Below are positions 10,878 to 22,076 of a stretch of 64,000 bases of DNA, one piece after another (position 1 is the stretch's first letter; every line of letters starts with the position of its first letter). This DNA is from Giardia intestinalis (Eukaryota). The notes under the pieces were generated by a model. That model was not told the origin of the DNA. It made no database searches and was given only the letters and a program-made list of their open reading frames with translations. A program made the position numbers and the translations under genes. The DNA lies in the NCBI GenBank assembly GCA_000002435.2, contig CM018789.1. One strand, written 5' to 3'.

Positions 10878-10969
10878 ACGGGAGCTGGCTGCCGGCTGTG
10901 TCATTTACAGTATAGTGTTCTGGTCTAGCGCAGTTGGCTAGAGAGGCCTCCGGGTCTTCAATAGCACCC

Positions 10970-11995
10970 TCAGGTCGAGACCTGGATTCCTGATCTGTGT
11001 CGAATCTCATTTATTATATCTTGCACAGTACCTGTGTTCTGGCTCAACATTCCTAGTGCAGGGTGAGAAACTGGGGTTTGAACGATGCTATTGGGCACGT
11101 AACTCTTTCGCATAACCGAGGATGTCGTGTCTCCTGTGGAAGAGGATTTGTAGAGGTTTGGCTGTCTAGATGTGGCTGAATAGGTCAGTGCACTCAGGTT
11201 TGTTTGACCGCTCTCCACCACGTCATAAAGGTTCTGCACAGAGTTAGGTCTGTGGCTGTTTTGAGTACTCATATCTAACGAAATCATCCCAGGTCGTGCC
11301 GCCCGCTGGTTGTAAGCTGCAGGGTAAACATCGTTAGCTTCTGATGCATTGTGCTGAATCAAATTTGAGGGTCTAATTGTAGCTTGGTTGGGTGGGAAGG
11401 GGGCCGTGTGGGCAGAGAGGTTCGTGATAGACTTGTTGATACTATCTAATGAGCTTTCAAGGTTCCGTAATCGTACTTCTGCGTACGTCTGATCATAGAG
11501 AGACTTCTGGAACTCTATAAGCCTCATTGTTACCTTCTCGTTTATGATCTTCTCCAGTTGATCGTGAGATAGAATAATCATATTATGCGTTGGAAGCGCT
11601 TGCCCCAACTTAATGTCCGGGGTATCCTGTTCTGGCCCACAGCTCTGTACCGGAGTCGCACCCTGGGGGCGATCGCTGGCCGGAGATGTGCTACTCGATA
11701 CACCTCTGTGAATATTGGTTATAAGTACTTCTAATTTGTCTTCTAAAGCATGCAGACGAGCTTCTAATCCAGACCGCATTTGATTTATGCTCTCTACTGC
11801 ATCATGTATGTAATCGCTTGAGTCATGATGCAGCGCAGGCGTTTCTACAACCATTGGTGTTTGATAAGCAACGACATTTCCTACTGTAACCCCCTGGGGA
11901 AGAAAGTCGTTACTTATAAGAGTCACTGGAGAGTGCGCTGAGCCTGGCTGGTACGCAGACTCATCCAAATTAAGAGAGTCGTCAAAGTTGGACAT
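10970..11995 (-). CDS. Hypothetical protein with a predicted coiled-coil segment
   Basis: The 341-aa ORF has an ATG start at 11995 with an AT-rich upstream region. It is convergent with the S18 gene. No recognisable domain. Confidence 0.5.
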   Translation of the reverse strand: MSNFDDSLNLDESAYQPGSAHSPVTLISNDFLPQGVTVGNVVAYQTPMVVETPALHHDSSDYIHDAVESINQMRSGLEARLHALEDKLEVLITNIHRGVSSSTSPASDRPQGATPVQSCGPEQDTPDIKLGQALPTHNMIILSHDQLEKIINEKVTMRLIEFQKSLYDQTYAEVRLRNLESSLDSINKSITNLSAHTAPFPPNQATIRPSNLIQHNASEANDVYPAAYNQRAARPGMISLDMSTQNSHRPNSVQNLYDVVESGQTNLSALTYSATSRQPNLYKSSSTGDTTSSVMRKSYVPNSIVQTPVSHPALGMLSQNTGTVQDIINEIRHRSGIQVST

Positions 11996-12127
11996 TAAAT
12001 TTCAAATTATTCACAGTTAAAGTTTATTAGAGTTTGCTTGCACTCCAAAATAAGAGGGCTGGTCAAGGCTCCCCTAGCCGAGTTGCTAAAGAGAAAGATA
12101 GATGAGTGGTCGTTTATAATTAAGGAT

Positions 12128-14668
12128 ATGCCACGAATTGGCTTCTCAGGAGATTTGTTTTCAATTGGTAGAATGATCTTTAGCCAATTAGCATATGCAC
12201 AGGTTCCTTTTAATGTTTCGGACACACAGCTTCAAATGCTTTTCGACTTTTGTGGTGCGAATACCTATTCTACGGGATCACCGCCCGAAACCGTGGTGCG
12301 TTCGATAGAAGCTATTGGCACTCTTTCACTTCACAACTACTCCCCAGAGGTGGTTGCTAATATGGCCCCAATTTTCCCAGCAGTCAGAGAGCTAACAATA
12401 GCAATATACACTCCTTGTTTTGACGAGATTCTTGCCCTTTTAGTTGAAAATCGACACAATCTATCTCACTTAAAGGAATTCAAAATACTAAACAATCGGA
12501 TACTAAGAAAGGAAACCAAGCAGTTAGGTACTCTTCTAGAAAGTCTCACTCGGTTGGAAGTCCTAGTCTTAGATAACTGTGGGCTTTATGACTATGATAT
12601 AGACCACCTTCTTCCGGCTATTTCATGGAGCACTGTCACATATATATCACTAAGCAGAAACAACCTGACAACTCATACCCTAGAGAACATCTTGACCATG
12701 GTGAGAGATCGACGCGGATGCATTCCTCTCAGCTTCTCTCTTCAAGACCTAGACACTGAGTCTGCAGCTACCACTATTCAAGCACTCAGAGTCTTTACTA
12801 ACTCGTCTATGTTGTATTCTAAGCAATCCATCTTTCGAGAGTTTCGATTGTCTTGCAAACAGGACTTTTTACAACACACGTGGTCGATTGTCAAGGAACG
12901 CATGCATATAGACCTATCTCGCTTTGAGGCTTCAGATGCACTAGCTCCTGATCTAGGGCTTTTTATCTATGAGTGGCTTCGTCTAGCTAGTGTTTCTTAT
13001 GGAGGCCTATCAGAGGCAACCATATGTCTCAGTGGTAGAGTGACATCATCTATACGCGGAACCTCAAATGCCTTGTCCATCTATGGATTGTATTTATTGT
13101 GTCATCGAAATCTCAACGAGCTCGGTCTCTTCATATCTTTAGATTGTACTAATTGTAGTCTTGAGTTTGATGCTAAAAAACTGGGGCTTCCACCTGATGC
13201 AATCCCCCAATTAATGCGCCGGTTGAAGATCAATCTTGCTACCTCTCTAATTTGTTTATCATTGTCAGATTGTGATTTGTTCGAACGTTGGAAGCGCCGA
13301 GATACACAAGAGTTTATCTCATTTCTCAGTGATTGCAAGCATCTGAAGCGACTGGATTTGCGGTACAATGAGTTCAATAAGGAATTTAATGTTCTATTTT
13401 GCAAAGAGTTAGAAGATATTGAGTTTATTCCCTTTCTTGACACGTTAGAAGTCGATATGCTAATTGATCTAACTACGCTTTCCATAAGCTTACAGAGACG
13501 ATATTCCCAATATGTAGTAAGATACCTAGATGAGGGAGACACTATATTCAAGCGGCTTGTTCGAGGGCCGGTGGTTCTTTCATGTGGCTCACAGACTAGA
13601 GGAAATAAAGTTCCTATCGCGATAATGAGGATGATCTTATTGAATGGGAACATTGTGTCATCCGCGTTTACACAAAGGTTGGAACGCTCTTTGTTTGATA
13701 GTCATGCAGCTACTCTGCAAAAAATCCTTGGTAAAGTTTTCTACTCTCCATTAAAGTCCATTAGTTTTAGACAATCCATCTCACCCGGTGCTATTCTGAA
13801 GCCAGTAAGTATTAGTCTTTGGAAGTACACGGACAGCTCTATACTAGGAAATACAATGAAGGATATGATCAAAACCAGCCTATCCACTCGAGCAGCCATC
13901 TTGGTAAGGACTGAGATCGTACGCACTGGACGTTACAATTATGAATCCGGTAGACTATATCTACAAGAGGCGAACTATAGATCCCTAACACTTGAATCAT
14001 TCCTTGAACTAGTGTATGAGAAGGATTTTGCAGCTTTCAATCCACAGCTTCTGCACATTGATTTCAGTCATAACTCGTTTACAAAGGCCGATGTTCAAGG
14101 GCTTATCAGGACACTTTCACTACTTACAACATTACATGCATTAATTCTCTCTGATTGCTCTCTTTCCGATAAGACCTGTGCACATATTCTTGAGAGCCTC
14201 CCTAGTCTGCTGGAATGCACCGATCTTTGGTACATAGATATCTCTGAGAATATGTTTGGGGGCCTTACAGCACATGCCCTCTCAAACTTTTTGCAACAGT
14301 ATCTTATGGTAGGACAGAGGCAGATAATTTTGAACCTTAGATTGAAACCAGGATATAGATTCTTATACGCACCACAGATTTTGTTATCAGCTGACGATAA
14401 TATCAATGAGACTCTGAATCGTAAAATCCTTATATGGCTAATTATGTCTAGGGATGCTCTTTTGTTATTTTCAGTAGATGATATAACAAACCTCAAACAA
14501 AGAGGTATAAATATCCTGTCAGTAGTTTCTCCTATAGGCCGCTTTTACGATCATAAGTATAGCATCATAACTCCTTACTTGTTAAGAGAATTGGGCTTAC
14601 CTGATTATTCATTTTCTTGGGACTCGGCGAGGAACATATACGAACACTTCATGCACAACTGTGCATAG
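12128..14668 (+). CDS. Leucine-rich-repeat (RNI-like) hypothetical protein
   Basis: The track ORF 12038..14668 starts at TTG. The first ATG with an AT-rich leader is at 12128 (MPRIGFSG). LRR-like L-rich repeats recur throughout (LEVLVLDNCGLYDYDIDHLLPAI...LSRNNLTTHTLENIL; LTTLHALILSDCSLSD). Confidence 0.55.
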   Translation: MPRIGFSGDLFSIGRMIFSQLAYAQVPFNVSDTQLQMLFDFCGANTYSTGSPPETVVRSIEAIGTLSLHNYSPEVVANMAPIFPAVRELTIAIYTPCFDEILALLVENRHNLSHLKEFKILNNRILRKETKQLGTLLESLTRLEVLVLDNCGLYDYDIDHLLPAISWSTVTYISLSRNNLTTHTLENILTMVRDRRGCIPLSFSLQDLDTESAATTIQALRVFTNSSMLYSKQSIFREFRLSCKQDFLQHTWSIVKERMHIDLSRFEASDALAPDLGLFIYEWLRLASVSYGGLSEATICLSGRVTSSIRGTSNALSIYGLYLLCHRNLNELGLFISLDCTNCSLEFDAKKLGLPPDAIPQLMRRLKINLATSLICLSLSDCDLFERWKRRDTQEFISFLSDCKHLKRLDLRYNEFNKEFNVLFCKELEDIEFIPFLDTLEVDMLIDLTTLSISLQRRYSQYVVRYLDEGDTIFKRLVRGPVVLSCGSQTRGNKVPIAIMRMILLNGNIVSSAFTQRLERSLFDSHAATLQKILGKVFYSPLKSISFRQSISPGAILKPVSISLWKYTDSSILGNTMKDMIKTSLSTRAAILVRTEIVRTGRYNYESGRLYLQEANYRSLTLESFLELVYEKDFAAFNPQLLHIDFSHNSFTKADVQGLIRTLSLLTTLHALILSDCSLSDKTCAHILESLPSLLECTDLWYIDISENMFGGLTAHALSNFLQQYLMVGQRQIILNLRLKPGYRFLYAPQILLSADDNINETLNRKILIWLIMSRDALLLFSVDDITNLKQRGINILSVVSPIGRFYDHKYSIITPYLLRELGLPDYSFSWDSARNIYEHFMHNCA

Positions 14669-17600
14669 GTAGTGCTGGTCTCTGGGTCCAGACCGGCTGC
14701 GATGTCTGTAACGCTCGGGCCCGTCGCACACAGGCAACGTTCTCGGCTCCCCTATCAAGGATGCCCTGTGGCAAGTAGCGGATGTCCGCCTCCTGAGGTC
14801 TAGCCAGAACATGCTAGGACCGGTGTCTACGCGTGCCCCGGGCTGCCTGCATATGGATGCGCGCTTTCTGCCCGGCGAGTCTGCACAAGCAAGGAAAGCT
14901 AGACAGATTCCATCGTCCGCCTGCATGAACTGTGCATGTGCCCATGTCCTTCGAGCAAGAAGCCTGCAAGAGCTCCCTAGACATCACCGCACTCTCCGAG
15001 CATTGGACTGTGTACCCAAAAAGCAACAGTCCCTGCATGTTCGGCATACAGCTCCCCTGTTATCGTTTGGTCGTAGAGTAAAGGCAGATGACCCCGTCGA
15101 TGATTCGTCCATCTGTCTGTTGCTTCCGGCCTTGTAGTGTTACAACTCCTGTATACGAGTGTGGACCGAAGCTCGTGCAGGCAAGCCTGCTCCATTTATC
15201 GTTTGTCCTATGACGAAGGCAGGTCGGTATGTGGATTAGAGACCATCGCCCCGGGCGGAGCTGGTATCTTCCAGTAGATTTCCCGCCTGTACAAGTTCTC
15301 GAGCAGAGAGCGAGCGCCCTGGCCACAACTGTGTAGAATGTTATCGAGGAAGGGTCCAGCAAAGAAGAACGGCTCTAGCGCGGCGCAAACTATGAGTGTG
15401 TCTAAGTACTGCAGGTTAGGACGATCTATCACGGCATGATTGTTGGTGTCTGTTCTTTGTCTAAAGAGGAAACTCACCAAGAGCTGGGAGTCAGACACAC
15501 ACTTGTCAACTAGTGTAGGGTAGTAGACATAGTCATCATCATTCATCAGGTGGATTATTGCGATAAGAGCTGAGGAGGTATGAACAACATGCTCCCAGTT
15601 ATCTACAGAGCAAACAGTTTTCCTCGCTTTCAGATTGCAGAAGCACTTCAGAGGGCTCTAGCAAGCATTGAAAAACTGTCACTCTTGAGATTGTGTTAAT
15701 ACCTATATGACAGCCAAGCTAGCAGACACGGCAGCGTTGATCAAACGAAGCTTTGGGAATGTGGCCACTCAGTACGATTATTGTTGTCAACCTACTTCTA
15801 ATTGGCGGTGGTGCTTTTCCCAAGTCAAGCTAAAATGATTAAGAAAAAGACTAGTCACGAACAAATTATAGCCGAAGGCCACCCTGAGATGACGAGAAGG
15901 ATACACGACTGAATAACGATAGAGACGCATAGTGTGGGGGACGAAGGTACTGTCTGAAGCTCCAAGAAGACCCATTAGAACCAGGGCATAAATTGGCGAG
16001 GAGTCCCACAGCTTAATCACCGACCTATCTCTGTCTTCGGATATATCGGTAGATAAAGCGTGTTTATCCTTAGGACTCTTGGCTTACGTCTGTAAGCGGG
16101 CTCTGGCAATTCAATATGCAAGGTTCTTTTCTAGCATGACATACTGTACCTCATGTGACGCTTAAGCATGGCCCCTTTTACGTCTCTTTAGGTCGCAACA
16201 TCTGGACGGACCTGTGAACATGTGTACTAAGATGTAGCATCAAGGCATCTTCGAGTCAAAGGCTGTATCTGTGTGAGATTGACGCAGCTTTTAAGAAAAG
16301 TGTCGGCACTCTTGCTAACTACCTAGCTAAAGGAAGAGGGCAACGACTACAAGCGATATGACAGCTCCTGTTTTTGGTATTGAACCCCGGTTAACGTTCT
16401 CTGTTAGTGATTTGCTACAAGGGAAGGCACCGGGACTTCTTCTAATACCACACTTGTTTGCTCTATGTTTATCTGGTCATCACAAAAGTCTGTTGATACG
16501 TATATTTAAGCTATAAGGTAGCGTCATGGTGTGTTGAACAACAAATTCATTGTCCATGCCAAGGTGAATGGCCTCCATCAATAGGCGTTCGCTCTGCTCT
16601 GTCGCCTCACTTATACGAAGAGAACTGTGCTCCGTCTGTGGTTTCTAAAGTCAAGGTCACTTTACAATTCAGCATCTTACTTCATGGTTTTTTAGATTAC
16701 AGCCATTGTACTATGGTGCAGCAGAAGGAACCGTATGCTATGTCACAGGGCCCCTGGTAACAGGGTGCTTTGGAATATCGTTATCTTGACCGTGTCCCGA
16801 TACTAGATGGGCTCCAGTTTAACTATCTAAGCAACGCCTGCTCATATCATCTACCATTTATCTGCACATTCATTGAGGGGCCTGACTGGCACAATAAGGA
16901 ATGCTTCCGTAGCAGTTGAGAGTGCACGTTAGCCTTGCTTAGCAAATACCTGGTGTGGAAACAACATAGACTCGAGGTGGATGCTTGTGGGGTAAAAGGG
17001 CCTGGAAAGATAGATAATAATATCTTCGAATGTTTTATCTGCTGAATTGATTGCCAGTCCAAGAAGCTTGACATAGCGAAAGTCCCTCCATTCCCTTACT
17101 GTGTTCGTGGAAGTGACTATGTCTTCGACGTGACATAGGCCGAACTCCAGCTCTGTATCACATACATCGATAGGACAGACAGAGCATACACCAGAGATTT
17201 ATCACAACACATAGTTTCAAGAGCTTGTAGAAATCGTCCTTGCGAGTTAGCTATTTCAACCTTCTACGCATTTAAAGAGACAGGCCACTTGTGTGGGGAG
17301 TCGGACACCAGCTATTGGTAAGATAACTGTAAAAGAAGCTATAGCGACTTCAATTGTAGTGATCTTGCTCAGAATTTTCTTGGATGCATAAGGTGCTTTA
17401 CCTTTCCTTGAAACCATAGAAACCCATCGCTGAACTCCAAGCTAGATGGCTTCTGGCGCGGAATTCTATGTGATGATCATACATATGTAAATCGTCTATG
17501 GTAGGCTGGCGCGAACCAGAGCAAAAGCCATGCTGTTTAGGCTCACGGTGCCAGTGATGATATAATCTACTGTATAAGCCGATCAACGGATTCTTTCACG

Positions 17601-17723
17601 GTGTTCTAGCCACAGGCGCCTGGAGTTATAGATCTAAGCCTGAGCCGCAGCCGGAGAGCCCGTCACGCGAGACGAAGTAAAACTAAGGTCATACTTCACG
17701 GCAATTTACTTCATCCTGCAAAA

Positions 17724-20700
17724 TTATGTGCGCTTGCACAGGAACCACCACAGGAGAAAACTGACCAGGCCTGTGACAAGGAGGATTGCTGTTACGGATA
17801 CCCCGGCTATCATGGCCGTCTTCCTTGCCGAGCTCGGGGCTGGGGCTGGAACCGGATCTGGGACTGGATCTGGGCCGGGCTTGGGCGTCGGAATGATGCT
17901 CGGGAGCGCATCAAAGGAGTAGCAGAGGACGGATCCGACCTTGCCCTCAGGAGGCATGCAGCAAGTGCATCCGTTGACCCCTTTCATGCCGTTGTTGTCC
18001 GCACCGCACGCTGTGCATGTGAACGCCGATCCAGTTGTCGACTGGTAGTACCCTGTGTCACAGAGGGTGCACATCTGCGGATTGTCCGGGGCAATGCAGG
18101 TGACGCAGCCCTGGGCGCATTTCTGGCACTGGCCGTCCACGCTCACATACCCCAGCTTGCACCTCACACAGGCGTCGGCCGTGCATTCGGCGCAGTTTGC
18201 GATCGAGCACTCTTGAAGGATGCCCGACTCGCTGACCATCTTTCCGTGCGCGCCCTTGGTGCACACGCCCCTCTCCTCTGCATGGCAGACGGTGCGTCCA
18301 GGATATGTGTCCACCTGGTAGCATCCTCCCGACAGGAGGAAGTATCCGTCTGCACAACTCGTGCAGGCGCCGTCGACCACAGAGACGCACGCAGACCCTG
18401 CCCGTGCGGAGGGCCCGACGCATTTGCCGTTCAGAGGGAACGCGGTCTGCACGCTGCATACAGAGCAGTAGCTTGCCCCGTCGATGCTCGCGTCGCACCT
18501 CTTGCAGCCGTCGGCTGACGGGGTACACGGTTTCTTGCACTCCCCGACCCCCGATTCAGACGTTACCGCGTAGCCCGACGGGCAAGACACGCAGCTACTG
18601 GGGCCCTTAGCTACGCAGGTGGCGCACGTGCTGTCGCAAGGAGTGCAGACTCCGTTGTCGGAGAAGTACCCGTCCGAGCACACAGCGCAAAAATTACCGG
18701 CTCCACACTCTTTGCAGTTCGAGATCTCACACAGAGCGCACCTTGCGGGGCTCTTCTCCGTGGCATCAAGTGCGTAGTGCCCGGGAATGCTTCTGCAGTT
18801 GTCCACGCAGGTCCCCACACTGGTGAGGAAGAACCCGGGTCCACAACGCCGACACTTCTTGCCCTCAGTACACTCGGCGCAATCTGGGACCGTGCATGAA
18901 CCCATGGTCTTGGTGGTGCATGTGCCTGCCTGATCCAGAACGTACCCGACCATGCAGTGTGTGCACACCTCCCCCTGGTCATCCATCCTGCACCGCTCGC
19001 AGTTCACCGTGGTACAGGGGCGGCAGACGCCGTCTTGGTTCTCATAGCCGGCGGCACATGCATTGCAAAGACCAAGACCGTAGTTGTTTCCATTAACGTA
19101 ACCAGGAACACCTGCCCAGGTACAGATGCTTTTTCCGGGCTCCTTGCTCTCCTGGTAGCAGCCGCCCATGTACAGGAAATACCCCGCACCACACTGAAGA
19201 CAGCTCCGCGCTGAGTCAAAACCTACGCCAGTCACGCAGCCACTGGGGTGTGCGCTTGCCACGTTAGTGCAAATGCCGTCCACAGGCGCGTGTTCATCTG
19301 TTTTGCACAAGCTACAGTACAGCTTCTCGCCTATTCCCACCACGCACGAACCCGCCGCGCAATTGGGGTCCTCACAGTGGGACAGGCACTTGCCACCAAC
19401 TAATACATAGCCAGCTTTGCAAGCGATGCATCTAACCGAGTCACCTTTCGCGCTACATTCTCTACAACCATTAATCCCTTTAGGATTGGTTGTGTCTCCA
19501 CATTCGATGCATTGGCCACGGTTATACCCAGTAAGAACAAAGAAGTGTGTCCGGAGGTGACAAGATGTGCAGTCATTCTCTTCCGAGCCTCTACATGTAG
19601 CGCACCCCTCGCTACAAGGAAGGCATTTGAGAGCGAAGGGGTGTCCATACATCCCATAGCCACATTGCCACGCATCTACGCAAACTCCGATGTTTTTATG
19701 TATGGGCGATAAGTATTTTTTAGGATGACATGTGAGGCATTGCTCTGGACTTTCTCCTACGCATGTCTTACAGTCATTGTGGCATCGTTTGCAAAACCTC
19801 GGATCGTAGTATCCGTCGATGCAGGATTCGCACGTGTTTGTGTCTTGAGCACACGTCTTACAGTACGGGTCCCGGCAGCGTACGCAAATACCTTTATCAT
19901 TCCGAAATCCACTTGCACATGTCTTACATAACCCAATTTCCTCGGGCTTGGTCCCGACTTCTACGCAAACAAAGTTCTTCTCTTCGAGCTCTACCTGATA
20001 ACATCCTCCTTGGTGAAAGAAGAAACCTGGACCACACTTTTCGCAGCGTCCTTTGCTGGCAATGCAGGCGCGTCGGTTATTGGGCGTGAGTTCGGAACAC
20101 ATACCGTTGAGGGGCGCATGTCCTTCTTTGCAGCGAGAGCAGAGAAGCTCATTCCTCCAAACGACGTCACAGGCGTCTGCCTCACAATACTCAGATGGAT
20201 CATCACATTCTTTCCTGCATTGTCCATCAATAAGTAAACGGTTCGACTCGCACTCTGTGCACTCAACCACCCCGGGGGTACTGGGACGAGTGCAAGCCTT
20301 GCAATTTGCTACTCCTTTCCATCCAGCGTGTCCCTGCTCGTCTCCACAGGAAACACACCTCCCCGTTCCATTCTCTGCTGCCAGAAAATAGCCCTCCGAT
20401 TCATTGCAAGAGGTGCAATCTGTTTCATTAGGTCCTTCGCAGGTTTGACACGCACCAGAGCATTTTTTGCATTGTCGCAGCTGAGTAGGGGCTACGTAGA
20501 AGCCAACTCCACACTGAGAGACGCAAACACGCTTGGTTGTTCCCTTAAGATACCCGCGACCACAAACTGCACACGAATCATCAGCCGCACACCTAGGGCA
20601 GTCTGGGATCTCGCATCTGTAGCAAATGTCTCCGTTCGGATTAGGCTTGTGTGTCGAGAGCTTACACTTGACACATAGGGCCACGTCAGGACCCTTAGAC

Positions 20701-21179
20701 TTAGACGGCGAGAGGCAATGCAGGCAACCGGCAACTCCTACAAAGTCCGCCACTCCTGTTGTGTCATCACACCGAACACACGAATCGACTGTTTGCGACG
20801 CTGCAGGGTTCCTAAAGAAACCAGACGTACAAGACTTGCAAACTCCTTTATCGCACTCGCTACATATAAGGTTCCCGGGGTAAAGATTACCGCACGCGTA
20901 GCAGCCTCCTTTGTATAGATACATGGAGTCTGTACACATCCCGCACCTCTTTTCGCTTACAATGGGTGTACCATCTGCACTCTTGCATGAAGAGTGTTGC
21001 TCGCTATCATACTTAATGCAGTGTCCGTTGAAGGGTATGTAGCCAGCATTCCTACACTCTGTGCACAGCTCGTGGCCGTTGATCTCCTCGCAACGGTCCT
21101 CTGCGCAATCGCTGACCTGGTTGGAGTGTGTACACTTCGCTGCTTGAAAGGCGATCAGCAGACCAAGGACCGCAAGCAT
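17724..21179 (-). CDS. High-cysteine membrane protein (HCMP, VSP-like), copy A
   Basis: The 1151-aa product has an N-terminal signal-like segment and dozens of CxxC pairs. GGCY motifs occur (YKGGCYAC, HQGGCYQV, YMGGCYQE, LSGGCYQV). The C-terminus is a transmembrane helix plus a short tail (AILLVTGLVSFLLWWFLCKRT) with no CRGKA. ATG at 21179 is preceded by the AT-rich sequence tggtttatatttaa. Confidence 0.85.
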   Translation of the reverse strand: MLAVLGLLIAFQAAKCTHSNQVSDCAEDRCEEINGHELCTECRNAGYIPFNGHCIKYDSEQHSSCKSADGTPIVSEKRCGMCTDSMYLYKGGCYACGNLYPGNLICSECDKGVCKSCTSGFFRNPAASQTVDSCVRCDDTTGVADFVGVAGCLHCLSPSKSKGPDVALCVKCKLSTHKPNPNGDICYRCEIPDCPRCAADDSCAVCGRGYLKGTTKRVCVSQCGVGFYVAPTQLRQCKKCSGACQTCEGPNETDCTSCNESEGYFLAAENGTGRCVSCGDEQGHAGWKGVANCKACTRPSTPGVVECTECESNRLLIDGQCRKECDDPSEYCEADACDVVWRNELLCSRCKEGHAPLNGMCSELTPNNRRACIASKGRCEKCGPGFFFHQGGCYQVELEEKNFVCVEVGTKPEEIGLCKTCASGFRNDKGICVRCRDPYCKTCAQDTNTCESCIDGYYDPRFCKRCHNDCKTCVGESPEQCLTCHPKKYLSPIHKNIGVCVDAWQCGYGMYGHPFALKCLPCSEGCATCRGSEENDCTSCHLRTHFFVLTGYNRGQCIECGDTTNPKGINGCRECSAKGDSVRCIACKAGYVLVGGKCLSHCEDPNCAAGSCVVGIGEKLYCSLCKTDEHAPVDGICTNVASAHPSGCVTGVGFDSARSCLQCGAGYFLYMGGCYQESKEPGKSICTWAGVPGYVNGNNYGLGLCNACAAGYENQDGVCRPCTTVNCERCRMDDQGEVCTHCMVGYVLDQAGTCTTKTMGSCTVPDCAECTEGKKCRRCGPGFFLTSVGTCVDNCRSIPGHYALDATEKSPARCALCEISNCKECGAGNFCAVCSDGYFSDNGVCTPCDSTCATCVAKGPSSCVSCPSGYAVTSESGVGECKKPCTPSADGCKRCDASIDGASYCSVCSVQTAFPLNGKCVGPSARAGSACVSVVDGACTSCADGYFLLSGGCYQVDTYPGRTVCHAEERGVCTKGAHGKMVSESGILQECSIANCAECTADACVRCKLGYVSVDGQCQKCAQGCVTCIAPDNPQMCTLCDTGYYQSTTGSAFTCTACGADNNGMKGVNGCTCCMPPEGKVGSVLCYSFDALPSIIPTPKPGPDPVPDPVPAPAPSSARKTAMIAGVSVTAILLVTGLVSFLLWWFLCKRT

Positions 21180-21473
21180 TTAAATATAAACCAACGGAAT
21201 ATAATAAACTACATACTGCAAAAGTACAGAACTAGGACTTTTGTCAGTAAAGTATACGCCACACCTCTGTCTGTAATTCTTGTGGGCAGTTGTTTGTAGA
21301 GAACAATTCTGAGATTTCCTCTTAAGATTGCAGGTAGGTCCAATCGGCGTTTCAGCTCACATCGCAGAAACCACCATATTATCTCCCTACGGTATGCTGC
21401 GTAGAATTGCTCGATTTATGACCATCAACCCTTAGATTTCTACTTACACTACATTTCGGCTTTCTCAGCGTTT
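21180..21473. promoter_or_regulatory. Shared divergent intergenic/promoter region between HCMP-A and ATAT1-A
   Basis: A 294-bp gap separates head-to-head ATGs. It is duplicated, reverse-complemented, at 25932..26225. Confidence 0.4.
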
Positions 21474-22076
21474 ATGACGTTTTTATCGATTCTTGCAAAG
21501 GAAATAGGCAGTCCAGATTTGTGTGTCGAGCCTCGAGCATGCAGTTTGGATTTAACGTTGCAGAGGCCTTCGGACTCCGGCGGTCCTCCTTACAAATCAG
21601 TCACTAAGAAGTATGCCTCTCAGGCAGTAGAAGAAGATCAAAACCGTCTTGGACAGCGTGTAGGGCGATTTTCATGTAGCACAGGGTCTCCCAGCCTTGT
21701 AACTAGCCTGGCATTCATTCGCGATTCCCACCACTTCTTGTTCTTAGCTGTCGATGAGGACCAGTGCCTCGGGATCCTGAAGGGAGGCATCAAGCATCTC
21801 TTTATGCTCGACAGCCAGAGCGAGACCCGCGAGATGGACGCGATGTGTTGCCTGGACTTCTACACCCATGAGACGGTGCAGCGCCGAGGGATCGGAACAC
21901 GGCTCTTCCGCGCCATGGGGCTTCACACGCATATCTCCGCTCAGGGCTGGGTTTTTGATCGACCCTCTCCGAAGTTGCTGGCCTTCCTCTCGAAGGTGTA
22001 CGACATGCATGACTTCAAGGCCCAACCCAACAACTTCCTCATGCTGGATGCATCCATTCGTCTTTGGGGGGGCTGA
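21474..22076 (+). CDS. ATAT1: Alpha-tubulin N-acetyltransferase (ATAT1/MEC-17 family), copy A; a possible frameshifted C-terminal extension runs to 22335
   Basis: Blocks align to the ATAT1 catalytic domain: LGILKGGIKHLFMLD, CLDFYTHETVQRRGIGTRLFRAM, VFDRPSPKLLAFLSKVYDM, QPNNFLMLDASI. The ORF ends in TGA immediately after a G7 run. The +1 frame then stays open for 86 more codons. Confidence 0.8.
   Translation: MTFLSILAKEIGSPDLCVEPRACSLDLTLQRPSDSGGPPYKSVTKKYASQAVEEDQNRLGQRVGRFSCSTGSPSLVTSLAFIRDSHHFLFLAVDEDQCLGILKGGIKHLFMLDSQSETREMDAMCCLDFYTHETVQRRGIGTRLFRAMGLHTHISAQGWVFDRPSPKLLAFLSKVYDMHDFKAQPNNFLMLDASIRLWGG

Noticed and set aside
10113-10904. 263-aa minus-strand ORF overlapping the CCT-epsilon 3' end and the whole S18 gene
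   Set aside because: It is antisense to two strongly conserved genes, has no AT-rich leader and has low-complexity content. It is a spurious shadow ORF.
10878-10969. tRNA-like D-arm fragment (CTAGCGCAGTTGGCTAG) and a tight hairpin (CAGGTCGAGACCTG) between convergent S18 and hypothetical genes
   Set aside because: No acceptor, anticodon or T-arm could be completed on either strand. It is probably 3'-UTR sequence, and the hairpin may be incidental.
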